A stretch of DNA of 64,000 bases from the NCBI GenBank assembly GCA_003158295.1, contig PMIP01000093.1:7630-71629 (forward strand), read 5' to 3'. Positions 1 to 8,170 of the stretch are shown one piece after another (within the stretch, counting starts at the first letter, position 1; every line of letters begins with the position of its first letter). The position numbers and the translations under genes are program-made. The notes beneath the pieces are model-generated. The model saw only the letters and a program-made list of their open reading frames with translations. It searched no databases and was not told the DNA's origin. The stretch is from Chloroflexota bacterium. GTDB lineage: Bacteria; Chloroflexota; Limnocylindria; Limnocylindrales; CSP1-4.

Positions 1-390
1 GCGACGGGCCAGGTGATACGCCCGCGCCATCTTCAGCGCACTTTCGATGGCTTCGGATCCGCCGCTGACGGGGTAGATTGCCGGGTCGTCGAGCGGAAGG
101 TATCGCCCCACGGCCCGCACGTAGGTCTCGAGTGGTTCGCTGGTGAAAGTGGTGCCGTGCACGTAAGTGAAGTCGCGCGCCTGCTTCTCGGCGGCATCCA
201 CGATCGACTGGCGCCCGTGACCCACGTTGACGACGACGGCCCCGCCGGCGGCATCGAGGTAGGCCCTGCCGTCCGCGTCCCAGATGGTGCAGCCTTCGGC
301 ACGGACGGCCCTCGGCAGATCGCGGCCCAGCACTCTCTGGAAGACGCGTCCGGTTGACCCGCCGGCTCCTGCAGGCTCGGTGGCGCTCAT
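1..390 (-). CDS. Class-III PLP-dependent aminotransferase, N-terminal part only (gene runs off the left edge)
   Basis: My own reverse-complement translation from ATG at 390: MSATEPAGAGGSTGRVFQRVLGRDLPRAVRAEGCTIWDADGRAYLDAAGGAVVVNVGHGRQSIVDAAEKQARDFTYVHGTTFTSEPLE...PVSGGSEAIESALKMARAYH. This is the typical N-terminal layout of the acetylornithine/omega-aminotransferase family. It is absent from the ORF track because there is no stop in the window. ATGA overlap with the stop of the upstream sigma gene (387-390). Confidence 0.8.
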   Translation of the reverse strand, partial: MSATEPAGAGGSTGRVFQRVLGRDLPRAVRAEGCTIWDADGRAYLDAAGGAVVVNVGHGRQSIVDAAEKQARDFTYVHGTTFTSEPLETYVRAVGRYLPLDDPAIYPVSGGSEAIESALKMARAYHLARR

Positions 391-1232
391 GCCCGGATTG
401 TAGGGGGAGCCGCGAGAGTCACCGCCGGCGCGTGTTCGGCCGAGAGTTCTTCGCGGATTCTGCCCGCAATCTCATCTTCCACGACCGAGTCGGGATCGCG
501 CAGTTCACCCATCGTGGCTTTCACCCCGACCAAGCTCGCGTACAGCGGAGGACAGGTCGGGCAGCCCGCCAGATGTCCCTCTACCAGCCCCTTCGTCCGA
601 TCGTCGAGTTCGCCGTCCAGGTACGCCGACACGTGGCGGCGGGCCTGCCAGCAGCGGATCGGCTGAGCCAAGCTGGCTCTCCGGCGGGCATCGTCTGATG
701 CGAGGGCACTCACGAGCATCATCCTTCCCCGGCGGAGGCGCTGCTTCGCCGCCGGCAGGCCGATCTCCATCGCGTCGGCGATCTCGCTGGCAGTCCAGCC
801 GATGGCGTCGTGGAGGATCACCGGGACACGGTAGATGACCGGCAACCGAGCCAGGGCATCCTGGAGCTCGTCTCGCAGCTCGGCCCGCTCGAGCACTCGC
901 TCCGGCTGAACCGAGTACGAGTCGTCCCGCCAGTCTTCCTCGACGGCCTCGACATCGAGCTCGTCGTGGTGGCGGCGGGAGCGGTCGATGATCCGATTGA
1001 CGAGACTGCGCCGTAGCCAGGCCGGCAGTGCCGACGAGTCCCGGAGCTGATCTCGCCGGCGCCAGGCCCCGACGATCGTCTCCTGGGCACAGTCCTCCGC
1101 CTGGTCGGAATCGGTGACCAGGCGGGTTGCCAGGCGGACGAGCCATGGGAGCTCGGCCGCGAGCCGGGCCGCGAAAGCGTCGCCCTCATCGGCCCGGTCC
1201 GCAGTGTCGATCGTCGCGTGTGGATCGGTCAT
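387..1232 (-). CDS. ECF sigma-70 family sigma factor with fused C-terminal zf-HC2 (ZAS) anti-sigma domain
   Basis: 281 aa. Region 2 (DCAQETIVGAWRRRDQL...LPAWLRRSLVNRIIDRSRR) and region 4 HTH (WTASEIADAMEIGLPAAKQRLRRGR) are followed in the same ORF by C-x25-HLAGCPTC (H-x3-C-x2-C). Confidence 0.85.
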   Translation of the reverse strand: MTDPHATIDTADRADEGDAFAARLAAELPWLVRLATRLVTDSDQAEDCAQETIVGAWRRRDQLRDSSALPAWLRRSLVNRIIDRSRRHHDELDVEAVEEDWRDDSYSVQPERVLERAELRDELQDALARLPVIYRVPVILHDAIGWTASEIADAMEIGLPAAKQRLRRGRMMLVSALASDDARRRASLAQPIRCWQARRHVSAYLDGELDDRTKGLVEGHLAGCPTCPPLYASLVGVKATMGELRDPDSVVEDEIAGRIREELSAEHAPAVTLAAPPTIRA

Positions 1233-1236
1233 CGAC

Positions 1237-1449
1237 TCATCGGCGTGACGGCAGCGTCGAGACCCGGAGAATCGCGTAGAGCGGGCAGAAGCCGACGACG
1301 CCGGTCACGAGCAGGATCGCTCCGACGAACCCCGCAAGATAGAGCCACGGCGCGGCGACGGAACCAGTGGCGACGAGAGCGAAGAGGGCGACGGCCAGGA
1401 CGATCCGGACGACGCGGTCGATAGGATGCTCGTTGATCTGCAGTTTCAC
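1237..1449 (-). CDS. DUF2892 (YgaP-type) small membrane protein
   Basis: 70 aa with a GTG start preceded by GGAGA. Two hydrophobic helices and the C-terminal GFCPLYAIL motif typical of this family, which often accompanies rhodanese/ArsR genes. Confidence 0.7.
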   Translation of the reverse strand: MKLQINEHPIDRVVRIVLAVALFALVATGSVAAPWLYLAGFVGAILLVTGVVGFCPLYAILRVSTLPSRR

Positions 1450-1610
1450 GGGGTCTTCTCCTTGATTCGCGGCCGACGATCGGCCGCTCTACTCCAAGGA
1501 CGAGATGGCGCTCGAAAAGGATACCGAACCTCTCAGGCAGCCGGCCCCAACGGTCTGGATCGCACCTCGTCGTCCGATCTTCGATCGCGCCGAACTGCTA
1601 CGCTCGGACC

Positions 1611-2222
1611 ATGGTGGGCTCCGACTACTGGTCTCGCTACTACGCCGTGACCGTCGACCGTCCAGCGTGGGAGACGGTGAAGCTGGCGCTCCAGCTATTC
1701 GCCGCAGACGATGCCGAACACCCGCGCAAGCGTTTCGCCGTAGACCTTGGCTGCGGGGCGGGCCGAGACGCGCGAGAGCTCCTGCGAGCAGGCTGGAGCG
1801 TTCTGGCGATAGATCGAGAGGCCGGTGCGATCGAGACGCTCCGGGCCGCCACATCGCCGCAGCTCCGTCTGGCTCTCAAGACCCGAGTGGCCAACCTTGC
1901 CACTGTAGACGTACCGGCGTGCGATCTCGTCAACGCCAGCCTCTGCCTTCCCTTCCTCGCTCCCGAGCCGTTCTGGCGGACATGGGAGCGAGTACTCGCA
2001 GCGCTGGCCGTCGGCGGGCGAGTCGCGGCGATGCTGTTCGGAGACCGCGACGGCTCGGCCTCGGATCCCACGATGACGTGCCCGTCGCCCCAGACGATCC
2101 GCGCGAGCCTCGCCTCGTTCGAGATCGAACACTGGGTCGATCGCGAAGAGGAGACTCAGACCGCGCTCGGGGAGCCGCACCACTTCCACCTGGTCGAGCT
2201 GGTCGCCCGCCGGGTGAAGTAG
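1611..2222 (+). CDS. Class I SAM-dependent methyltransferase (TehB/thiopurine-MT-like)
   Basis: 203 aa. Motif I is VDLGCGAGRDARELLRAGWSVLAIDRE, followed by post-I acidic and later motifs. Preferred over the overlapping Arg-rich shadow ORF 1505..2323. Confidence 0.8.
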   Translation: MVGSDYWSRYYAVTVDRPAWETVKLALQLFAADDAEHPRKRFAVDLGCGAGRDARELLRAGWSVLAIDREAGAIETLRAATSPQLRLALKTRVANLATVDVPACDLVNASLCLPFLAPEPFWRTWERVLAALAVGGRVAAMLFGDRDGSASDPTMTCPSPQTIRASLASFEIEHWVDREEETQTALGEPHHFHLVELVARRVK

Positions 2223-2355
2223 CGTCGGACCATCCTTCCCGGCATTTCCACGACCGGGCCAGGACCGGGCGCCCCGGAATATCTAAGCAGTCTACTCAGG
2301 GCCAAAGGGCTGGCACGACGTGACATGCGGAAGGGGACATATGCAGGCAGGTCAT

Positions 2356-2376
2356 CTATTCATATACCACGAATAG
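2356..2376. promoter_or_regulatory. Candidate ArsR-type operator: perfect 6-9-6 inverted repeat CTATTC-ATATACCAC-GAATAG
   Basis: Read directly. It lies in the only AT-rich patch of the 260-bp gap upstream of arsR (GTG 2483). Confidence 0.35.
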
Positions 2377-2482
2377 CTCCCAAGCCCGGAGTCGCCCAAT
2401 GTCGAACCCCTTCCAGGTCTCGCGCGAACACAGCCATGTCTTCCGGCTCGTGTCGACCGCGCCCACAGGCGAGCGCTGAGCC

Positions 2483-2890
2483 GTGTTGCGACCCGAGGAC
2501 GGCATCTACGGCCTTCAGGCCTCGCTCCTCAAGACGATGGCCAGCCCCCGCCGCCTCGAACTGATCCATCTCCTGAGCGAAACCGGCCCGATTGAGGTCA
2601 GGAAGATCGCCGAGCATTTCGGCGATCGCCAGCCGGCGATCTCGCAGCATCTCGCCGCGCTGCGCAGCGTCGGCCTGGTGGAAGCCGTTCGCGACGGGCG
2701 AGAAGTCCGCTATCGACTCGCCGACCCCGAGATCGTGGCCGCTTGCAGCCTGATGCGCCAAGTTCTGATTCGACGGATCGCTCGGCTAGGCGATGTGGCT
2801 GCTGCGTACACCAGCCGATCCGAAGGGACAGAAGGTCAGGTGGGAACGATCGGGCGAGACCCTGTCACGAGCGCATTCCCGCCGAGCTGA
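2483..2890 (+). CDS. ArsR/SmtB family transcriptional regulator
   Basis: 135 aa. LLKTMASPRRLELIHLL...VRKIAEHFGDRQPAISQHLAALRSVGLVEAVRDGREVRYRL is the canonical ArsR wHTH. Single Cys (AACSL). Confidence 0.9.
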   Translation: MLRPEDGIYGLQASLLKTMASPRRLELIHLLSETGPIEVRKIAEHFGDRQPAISQHLAALRSVGLVEAVRDGREVRYRLADPEIVAACSLMRQVLIRRIARLGDVAAAYTSRSEGTEGQVGTIGRDPVTSAFPPS

Positions 2891-2944
2891 GCCCGGTCAC
2901 AACACCCTCGCGAATCAGCCACCTGCAGTAATCGGAGATCAGAG

Positions 2945-3208
2945 ATGAGCGCCCTCAACGTAACCGAGCTCGAAGCCGTCACCGCCGCCGAGATCATCGA
3001 CGCCCGGGGAGCGGCCTGCCCCGGTCCCCTCCTCGACGCCAAGAAGGGGATGGGCAAGATCGCAATCGGCGACGTGATCGAGGTCTGGTCCAGCGATCCG
3101 GCGACGAAGTCCGATATCGGCGCGTGGGCCGGCAAGGTGGGCCACGAGTTCCTCGGCGTCATCGAGGACGACGGCTACGACCGGGTCTTCATTCGACGCG
3201 GCAAGTAG
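2945..3208 (+). CDS. tusA: TusA/SirA-family sulfur carrier protein
   Basis: 87 aa. Active-site Cys-Pro-x-Pro in IDARGAACPGPLL. GGAG RBS 7 nt upstream of the ATG. Confidence 0.85.
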   Translation: MSALNVTELEAVTAAEIIDARGAACPGPLLDAKKGMGKIAIGDVIEVWSSDPATKSDIGAWAGKVGHEFLGVIEDDGYDRVFIRRGK

Positions 3209-3279
3209 CGCGACCGGCGCCGAGCGAGGCAGCGAGACCCTCGCTCGACCGTGCAACGCATCGCAGGAGCACCCGATTG

Positions 3280-3723
3280 ATGACCGCGCTCGCCGCCGCC
3301 CCGGTTGACACCAAGGCGCGGACCGCCGCACCGCGGATTCTCGTCTTCTCGACCAACAACATCTCCGATCCGGGCATCGACCTGGCCGGCAGCGCCCACC
3401 TGCACTACTCGCCCGGAGTGAGGGTCATCAGCCTGCCCTGCACGAGCGGCATTCGGCCGTCGTGGATCCTTCATGCCGTTCAGCAGGGATTCGATGGGGT
3501 CTTCATCGCGTCCGACGGAGACGAATGCGCCTACCTGCCGGATTGCGCCAAGAGGGCGTCGCGCATCGTGGCGGAAGCCCAGACCCTTCTCAAGGCGAAC
3601 GGCTTCGAGGGCCAACGGCTGAAGATGGCGGCCATCTGCTCGGTCTGCGCCGAGAACTTCGCCAAGCACATGACGCAATTCTCGGAGGCGCTCGCCGCGC
3701 TGCCGAGGCCCGGAGCCAACTGA
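3280..3723 (+). CDS. MvhD/FlpD-like (methyl-viologen-reducing hydrogenase delta subunit family) protein
   Basis: Internal ATG of track ORF 3124..3723, with AGGAG upstream. PRILVFSTNNISDPGIDLAG...VRVISLPCTSGIRPSWILHAVQQGFDGVFIASDGDECAYLPDCAKRA matches the family layout. Its stop overlaps the next start (TGATG). Confidence 0.75.
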   Translation: MTALAAAPVDTKARTAAPRILVFSTNNISDPGIDLAGSAHLHYSPGVRVISLPCTSGIRPSWILHAVQQGFDGVFIASDGDECAYLPDCAKRASRIVAEAQTLLKANGFEGQRLKMAAICSVCAENFAKHMTQFSEALAALPRPGAN

Positions 3724-6431
3724 TGACCGATTACGACGCCCTCGTCGTCGGCAGCGGCATCGCCGGCATGGAATCCGCCCTCAAGTTGGGCGACATGGGC
3801 TACAAAGTCTTGCTCGTGGAGAAGGAGGCCAGCGTCGGCGGTCGGATGATCCTGCTCAGCAAGGTCTTCCCCACCCTGGACTGCGCCAGCTGCATCTCTA
3901 CGCCGAAGATGGCCGCCTCGATTCACCATCCGAACGTGACCGCCCTGACCTACACCGAGGTCGACGGCATCTCGCGGGACGGCGACGGCACATTCAAGGC
4001 CACGATCCGCCGGAAGCCGCGCTTCGTGGACGAGGCGGCCTGCACCGGCTGCCAGCTGTGCGAGACGGCCTGCACCGTCGCCGTGCCGGACCAGTTCAAC
4101 GCCGACATGGTCGCGCGCCGGGCCGCGTACATCGCCTTCCCGCAGGCCGTGCCGAAGAAGGCCGTTCTCGAGCGCGCCGGCACCTCGCCGTGTACGTACA
4201 CCTGTCCTGCCGGGATCAAGGCACACGGCTACGTATCGCTCATCCGCAGCGGCGAGTACGAGAAGGCATTCCAGCTCGTTCTGGAAGCGACGCCGCTGGT
4301 CGGCACGCTCGGCCGAGCCTGCTACGCACCTTGCGAGGGCGAATGCACGCGCGGCTCGCTAGAGGGGACACTCCCGATTCGGCGCCTCAAGCGCTTCGCC
4401 GCCGACCGGCACTACCAGGCGATCGATGGGCCCGGCGTTGAGGTCGCGCCGGCCAACGGCAAGGGAGTTGCCGTTGTCGGTTCCGGGCCGGCCGGCCTGA
4501 CCGCCGCCTGGCAGCTCGCCCGCCGGGGTTACCGCGTCAAGATCTTCGAGGCCGCCCCGGTTGCGGGCGGTTTCCTGCGCCTGGCCATTCCCGCGTATCG
4601 TCTGCCGGCCGAGGTCGTGGATCAGGACATCTCCAACGTAACCGGTATCGGCGTCGAGATCGCAACGGACTCGCCTGTCACGGATCTCGAGGCGCTGCGC
4701 CGCGACGGCTTCGATGCTGTGCTCGTGGCGACCGGGACGCCGCTCTCGACCAGCCTGAACGTCCCGGGCGAGAAGCTCGACGGCGTCGTGAGCGGTCTGC
4801 AATTCCTGCGCGCCACCAGGCTCGGCTCCGCGGCTGACCTGACCGGCAAGCGCGTCGTGGTCGTGGGCGGCGGCAACGTCGCCATGGACGCCGCGCGGAC
4901 CGCCGTACGCATGGGCGCCACGGAGACCACGATCGCCTACCGCCGCGGGCGCCAGGAGATGCCGGCCCACAAGACCGAGGTCGACGACGCAGAGCGCGAT
5001 GGCGTCCGTTTCTCGTTCCTGATGGCACCGGTCGAGGTCGTTGACGACGGCTCCGGCAAGGTCACGGGACTGCGGTGCCAGCGCATGGCCCTCGGCAAGC
5101 CGGACGCGTCGGGTCGCAGGCGCCCCGAGCCTATCAAGGGCAGCGAGTTCGTCCTCCCCTGCGACACCGTTCTGGTCGCGATCGGGATGGCGCCCGAAGG
5201 ATCCGCCTTCGGCGGGCGCTGCGCCTCGAACGCAAACGGCACCCTCGTCGCGGATCCGGCAACTCTCCAGACGGGAGTCCCTCACGTGTTCGCAGCTGGC
5301 GACGTCACGACAGGCGCCTCGGACATCACGCGGGCCGTCGGCCAGGGGCGTCGGGCCGCGCACATGATCGACCGCTGGCTGAGGGGCGAGCCTCTCGCCG
5401 GGTTCGAGATGGACGAGGCCCTGCCGGTCGTGGACAAGACGAAGGTTCTGACCCGCCAGGTCGGCTACACGCACAGCACCGCGCCCGAATCCGCGTCCGG
5501 TTCGACCGTCAAGCGGGACTTCGCCGAGATCGAGGCGCCCATGACCGAAGCCGAAGCGCTTGCGGGCTCAAGCGACTGCCTCGACTGCGGCGTCTGCTCC
5601 GAGTGCCAGGAATGCGTTACGGCATGCCCGTCGGATGCGATCCACCTCGACATGCGCGAGCAGATCGAAGAAGTGAGCGTCGGGGCGGTGGTCGTCGCTA
5701 CGGGCTACAAGCTCTTCGCCGCCGACGCCAAGCCCGAGTACGGCTTCGGCCGCTACAAGAACGTGATCACGGGCATGCAGATGGACCGTCTCCTCGCCCC
5801 GACGCGGCCGTACAACACGGTCCTTCGCCCGGGCGACGGCAAGGTTCCCGAGCGGATTGCCTTCATCCTTTGCACCGGCTCACGCGACGAGACTGTCGGC
5901 AACCCTCTCTGCTCGCGGTTCTGCTGCATGTACTCCATCAAGCAGAACCAGCTGATCATGGGAGCTCTGCCGCTGGCCGAAGTCACGGTCCACTACATGG
6001 ACATCCGGGCGCCGGGCAAGCGTTACGACGAGTTCTACGAAAGCGCCAAATCGATGGGCGCCACGTACGTCAAGGGCCGCGTCGCGAAGATCACCGAGAA
6101 GGACGACGGCAACCTGATCCTGCGCTACGAGGACATCGAACACGGCGGGGCGCTCGTCCAGGCCGAGTACGACATGGTCGTCCTGGCAGTGGGCGTCCAG
6201 CCGAACCGGGAGGTCGACCGCCTGTTCAGCGGCGACGATCTCGCGCTCGACGTCTACGACTACGTAGCCGAGCCCAACGAGGACATGGACCCAGGCCGGA
6301 CCAGCATCCCGGGCGTCTTCGTCGCTGGCGCGGCATCAGGTGCCAAGGACATCACGGACTCGATCCTGCACGCCGGAGCGGCCGCAGCTCAAGTGGCAGC
6401 TCACCTGGAGAGCCTGAAGGTGCCGGCATGA
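3723..6431 (+). CDS. hdrA: HdrA-like flavoprotein with an inserted NfnB/GltD-like NAD(P)H:FAD oxidoreductase module
   Basis: Internal ATG of track ORF 3462..6431, 902 aa.
- HdrA parts: DALVVGSGIAGMESAL, CTGCQLCETAC, CLDCGVCSECQECVTACP, CSRFCCMYSIKQ, IPGVFVAGAASG.
- Residues ~153-560 match the GltD/NfnB small-subunit pattern: SPCTYTCPAG...GRACYAPCEGECTRG, VAVVGSGPAGL, RVVVVGGGNVAMD, VFAAGDV. Confidence 0.85.
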   Translation: MTDYDALVVGSGIAGMESALKLGDMGYKVLLVEKEASVGGRMILLSKVFPTLDCASCISTPKMAASIHHPNVTALTYTEVDGISRDGDGTFKATIRRKPRFVDEAACTGCQLCETACTVAVPDQFNADMVARRAAYIAFPQAVPKKAVLERAGTSPCTYTCPAGIKAHGYVSLIRSGEYEKAFQLVLEATPLVGTLGRACYAPCEGECTRGSLEGTLPIRRLKRFAADRHYQAIDGPGVEVAPANGKGVAVVGSGPAGLTAAWQLARRGYRVKIFEAAPVAGGFLRLAIPAYRLPAEVVDQDISNVTGIGVEIATDSPVTDLEALRRDGFDAVLVATGTPLSTSLNVPGEKLDGVVSGLQFLRATRLGSAADLTGKRVVVVGGGNVAMDAARTAVRMGATETTIAYRRGRQEMPAHKTEVDDAERDGVRFSFLMAPVEVVDDGSGKVTGLRCQRMALGKPDASGRRRPEPIKGSEFVLPCDTVLVAIGMAPEGSAFGGRCASNANGTLVADPATLQTGVPHVFAAGDVTTGASDITRAVGQGRRAAHMIDRWLRGEPLAGFEMDEALPVVDKTKVLTRQVGYTHSTAPESASGSTVKRDFAEIEAPMTEAEALAGSSDCLDCGVCSECQECVTACPSDAIHLDMREQIEEVSVGAVVVATGYKLFAADAKPEYGFGRYKNVITGMQMDRLLAPTRPYNTVLRPGDGKVPERIAFILCTGSRDETVGNPLCSRFCCMYSIKQNQLIMGALPLAEVTVHYMDIRAPGKRYDEFYESAKSMGATYVKGRVAKITEKDDGNLILRYEDIEHGGALVQAEYDMVVLAVGVQPNREVDRLFSGDDLALDVYDYVAEPNEDMDPGRTSIPGVFVAGAASGAKDITDSILHAGAAAAQVAAHLESLKVPA

Positions 6432-8170
6432 GTAAGCAGCCAGCAAGCGAGCGGCGGCTCGGCGTCTACGTCTGCCACTGCGGTGGAAACATCTCCGACT
6501 ATGTAGACGTGCAAGCCGTCGTCGACGCCGTGAAAGACGAGCCCGGCGTGGTCGTGGCGAAACACACCATGTTCGCCTGCTCGGATGCGGGCCAGCAGGA
6601 GATGGAAGAGGACATCGCCGCCAACGATCTGGACGGTCTGGTCGTGGCCTCGTGCTCGCCCAAGCTCCACGTCGTGACGTTCCGGGGCGTGGCCAAGCGG
6701 TCCGGCATGAACCCCTACGAGTACAACCAGGCCAACATCCGCGAGCAATGCTCCTGGACCCACACGGATGACCCGGCCGGTGCCACGAGCAAGGCCATCG
6801 GCCTGGTCCGGGGCGTCATAGCGCGCACCCGTCTTTCCGAAGCGCTCGAGCCGCTCGTCGTCGAGACTACGCAGAAAGCGCTCATCATCGGCGGTGGGGT
6901 CGCTGGTCTGAGAGCAGCCATCGGCCTGGCGGACATCGGGCTCGGCGTATTCCTTGTGGAGCGCGAGGCCGAGCTGGGTGGTTGGGTTGGACGGTTCGGT
7001 CCGATCTACCCGCACGAACGCAATGGCCACGAGCTGATCTCCAGCCTGATCGAGGAGGCCAGGAAGCGGCCGGCGATCAAGATCTTCACCGGAGCCGAAA
7101 TCGTCAGCAAGACCGGCAGCTTCGGCAACTACGCGGTGGGCGTCCGAGTCGCGACCGAACCGCCCCAGACGATTCAGATTGAAGTCGGCTCGATCATCGT
7201 CGCCACCGGCTTCGACTCGTATCGACCGGCCGACGGGGAGTTCGGCAGCGGCATGGACGGCGTCGCCACCCTGCCCGAGTTCAAGGAGTTGATCGATGCC
7301 GCCGCGGGAGCGGGCCTGCGCTATCGGGGCAAACCGGTCCGGAGCCTGGCCTACATCTACTGCGTCGGGAGCCGCCAGCCCGACGGCAACGAGTACTGCT
7401 CGCGCTTCTGCTGCACCGCGACGGCGCATGCCTCGATCCGCGTCGCCGAACTGGACCCGAATGTCCGCCAGTACCACCTGTATCGCGACATCCGGACCTA
7501 CGGTGCATTTGAGCTGCTGTATACCCAGGCGCGCAAAGACGGGGCGATCTACGTCAAGTTCCCCGACGACGCGCCGCCGGTCGTGGCCGCTGACAAGTCC
7601 GGTGGGCTGACCGTCACCGTCCGAGACCTGCTCTCCGGTGACGAAGAGCTGGAGATCCCGGTCGATTTGGTGGTCCAGGTGACCGGCATGGTGCCTCGGG
7701 CGAACACGGACCTCGTCGGCCTCCTCAAGCTGCCACTGGGCAAAGACGGTTTCTTCAACGAGATCCACCCGAAGCTGCGGCCGGTGGAGACCATGGTCGA
7801 CGGTGTGCTCATCGCCGGGGCATGCCAGGGACCCAAGAGCTCGGCCGAGAGCGTGGCTTCGGGTCTGGCTGCGGTCACGCAGAGCGCGTCCGTACTCAAG
7901 AAGGGTTCGGCCGAGCTGGATCCACTCGTCGCCACGGTCGATCCGGACGCTTGCACGTGGTGCGGCAAATGTCTCGACGCGTGCCCATACGGCGCCATCG
8001 AGCAGCTTTCGCTCAACGGCCGCGAGGTCGCGACGATAAGCGTGGCCGGCTGCAAGGGCTGCGGCGGATGCGTCCCGGTGTGCCCAGAGAACGCCATCGA
8101 CCTGCGCGGCTACACCGACGCCCAGATCACGGCGATGATCGACGGCCTGCTCCAGGAGGCCATCGCATGA
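6428..8170 (+). CDS. hdrA: HdrA-like flavoprotein, full-length type (N-terminal 4-Cys domain, FAD domain, C-terminal 2x[4Fe-4S] ferredoxin domain)
   Basis: Internal ATG of track ORF 5075..8170, with ATGA overlap on the previous stop. Motifs: VYVCHCGGNISD...FACSD...ASCSPK, ALIIGGGVAGLRAA, CSRFCCTATAH, CTWCGKCLDACP and CKGCGGCVPVCP. Confidence 0.9.
   Translation: MSKQPASERRLGVYVCHCGGNISDYVDVQAVVDAVKDEPGVVVAKHTMFACSDAGQQEMEEDIAANDLDGLVVASCSPKLHVVTFRGVAKRSGMNPYEYNQANIREQCSWTHTDDPAGATSKAIGLVRGVIARTRLSEALEPLVVETTQKALIIGGGVAGLRAAIGLADIGLGVFLVEREAELGGWVGRFGPIYPHERNGHELISSLIEEARKRPAIKIFTGAEIVSKTGSFGNYAVGVRVATEPPQTIQIEVGSIIVATGFDSYRPADGEFGSGMDGVATLPEFKELIDAAAGAGLRYRGKPVRSLAYIYCVGSRQPDGNEYCSRFCCTATAHASIRVAELDPNVRQYHLYRDIRTYGAFELLYTQARKDGAIYVKFPDDAPPVVAADKSGGLTVTVRDLLSGDEELEIPVDLVVQVTGMVPRANTDLVGLLKLPLGKDGFFNEIHPKLRPVETMVDGVLIAGACQGPKSSAESVASGLAAVTQSASVLKKGSAELDPLVATVDPDACTWCGKCLDACPYGAIEQLSLNGREVATISVAGCKGCGGCVPVCPENAIDLRGYTDAQITAMIDGLLQEAIA

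Noticed and set aside
3462-3722. Upstream extension of the hdrA-fusion ORF, and the 3124..3279 extension of the mvhD-like ORF
   Set aside because: Both overlap neighbouring real genes in alternative frames and have no family signal. Internal ATGs with RBS or coupling fit better.
5075-6427. N-terminal 451 codons of track ORF 5075..8170
   Set aside because: It is an Arg/Gly/Pro-rich shadow frame lying entirely inside the well-supported hdrA-fusion gene. The recognisable HdrA sequence begins at ATG 6428, with an ATGA overlap.
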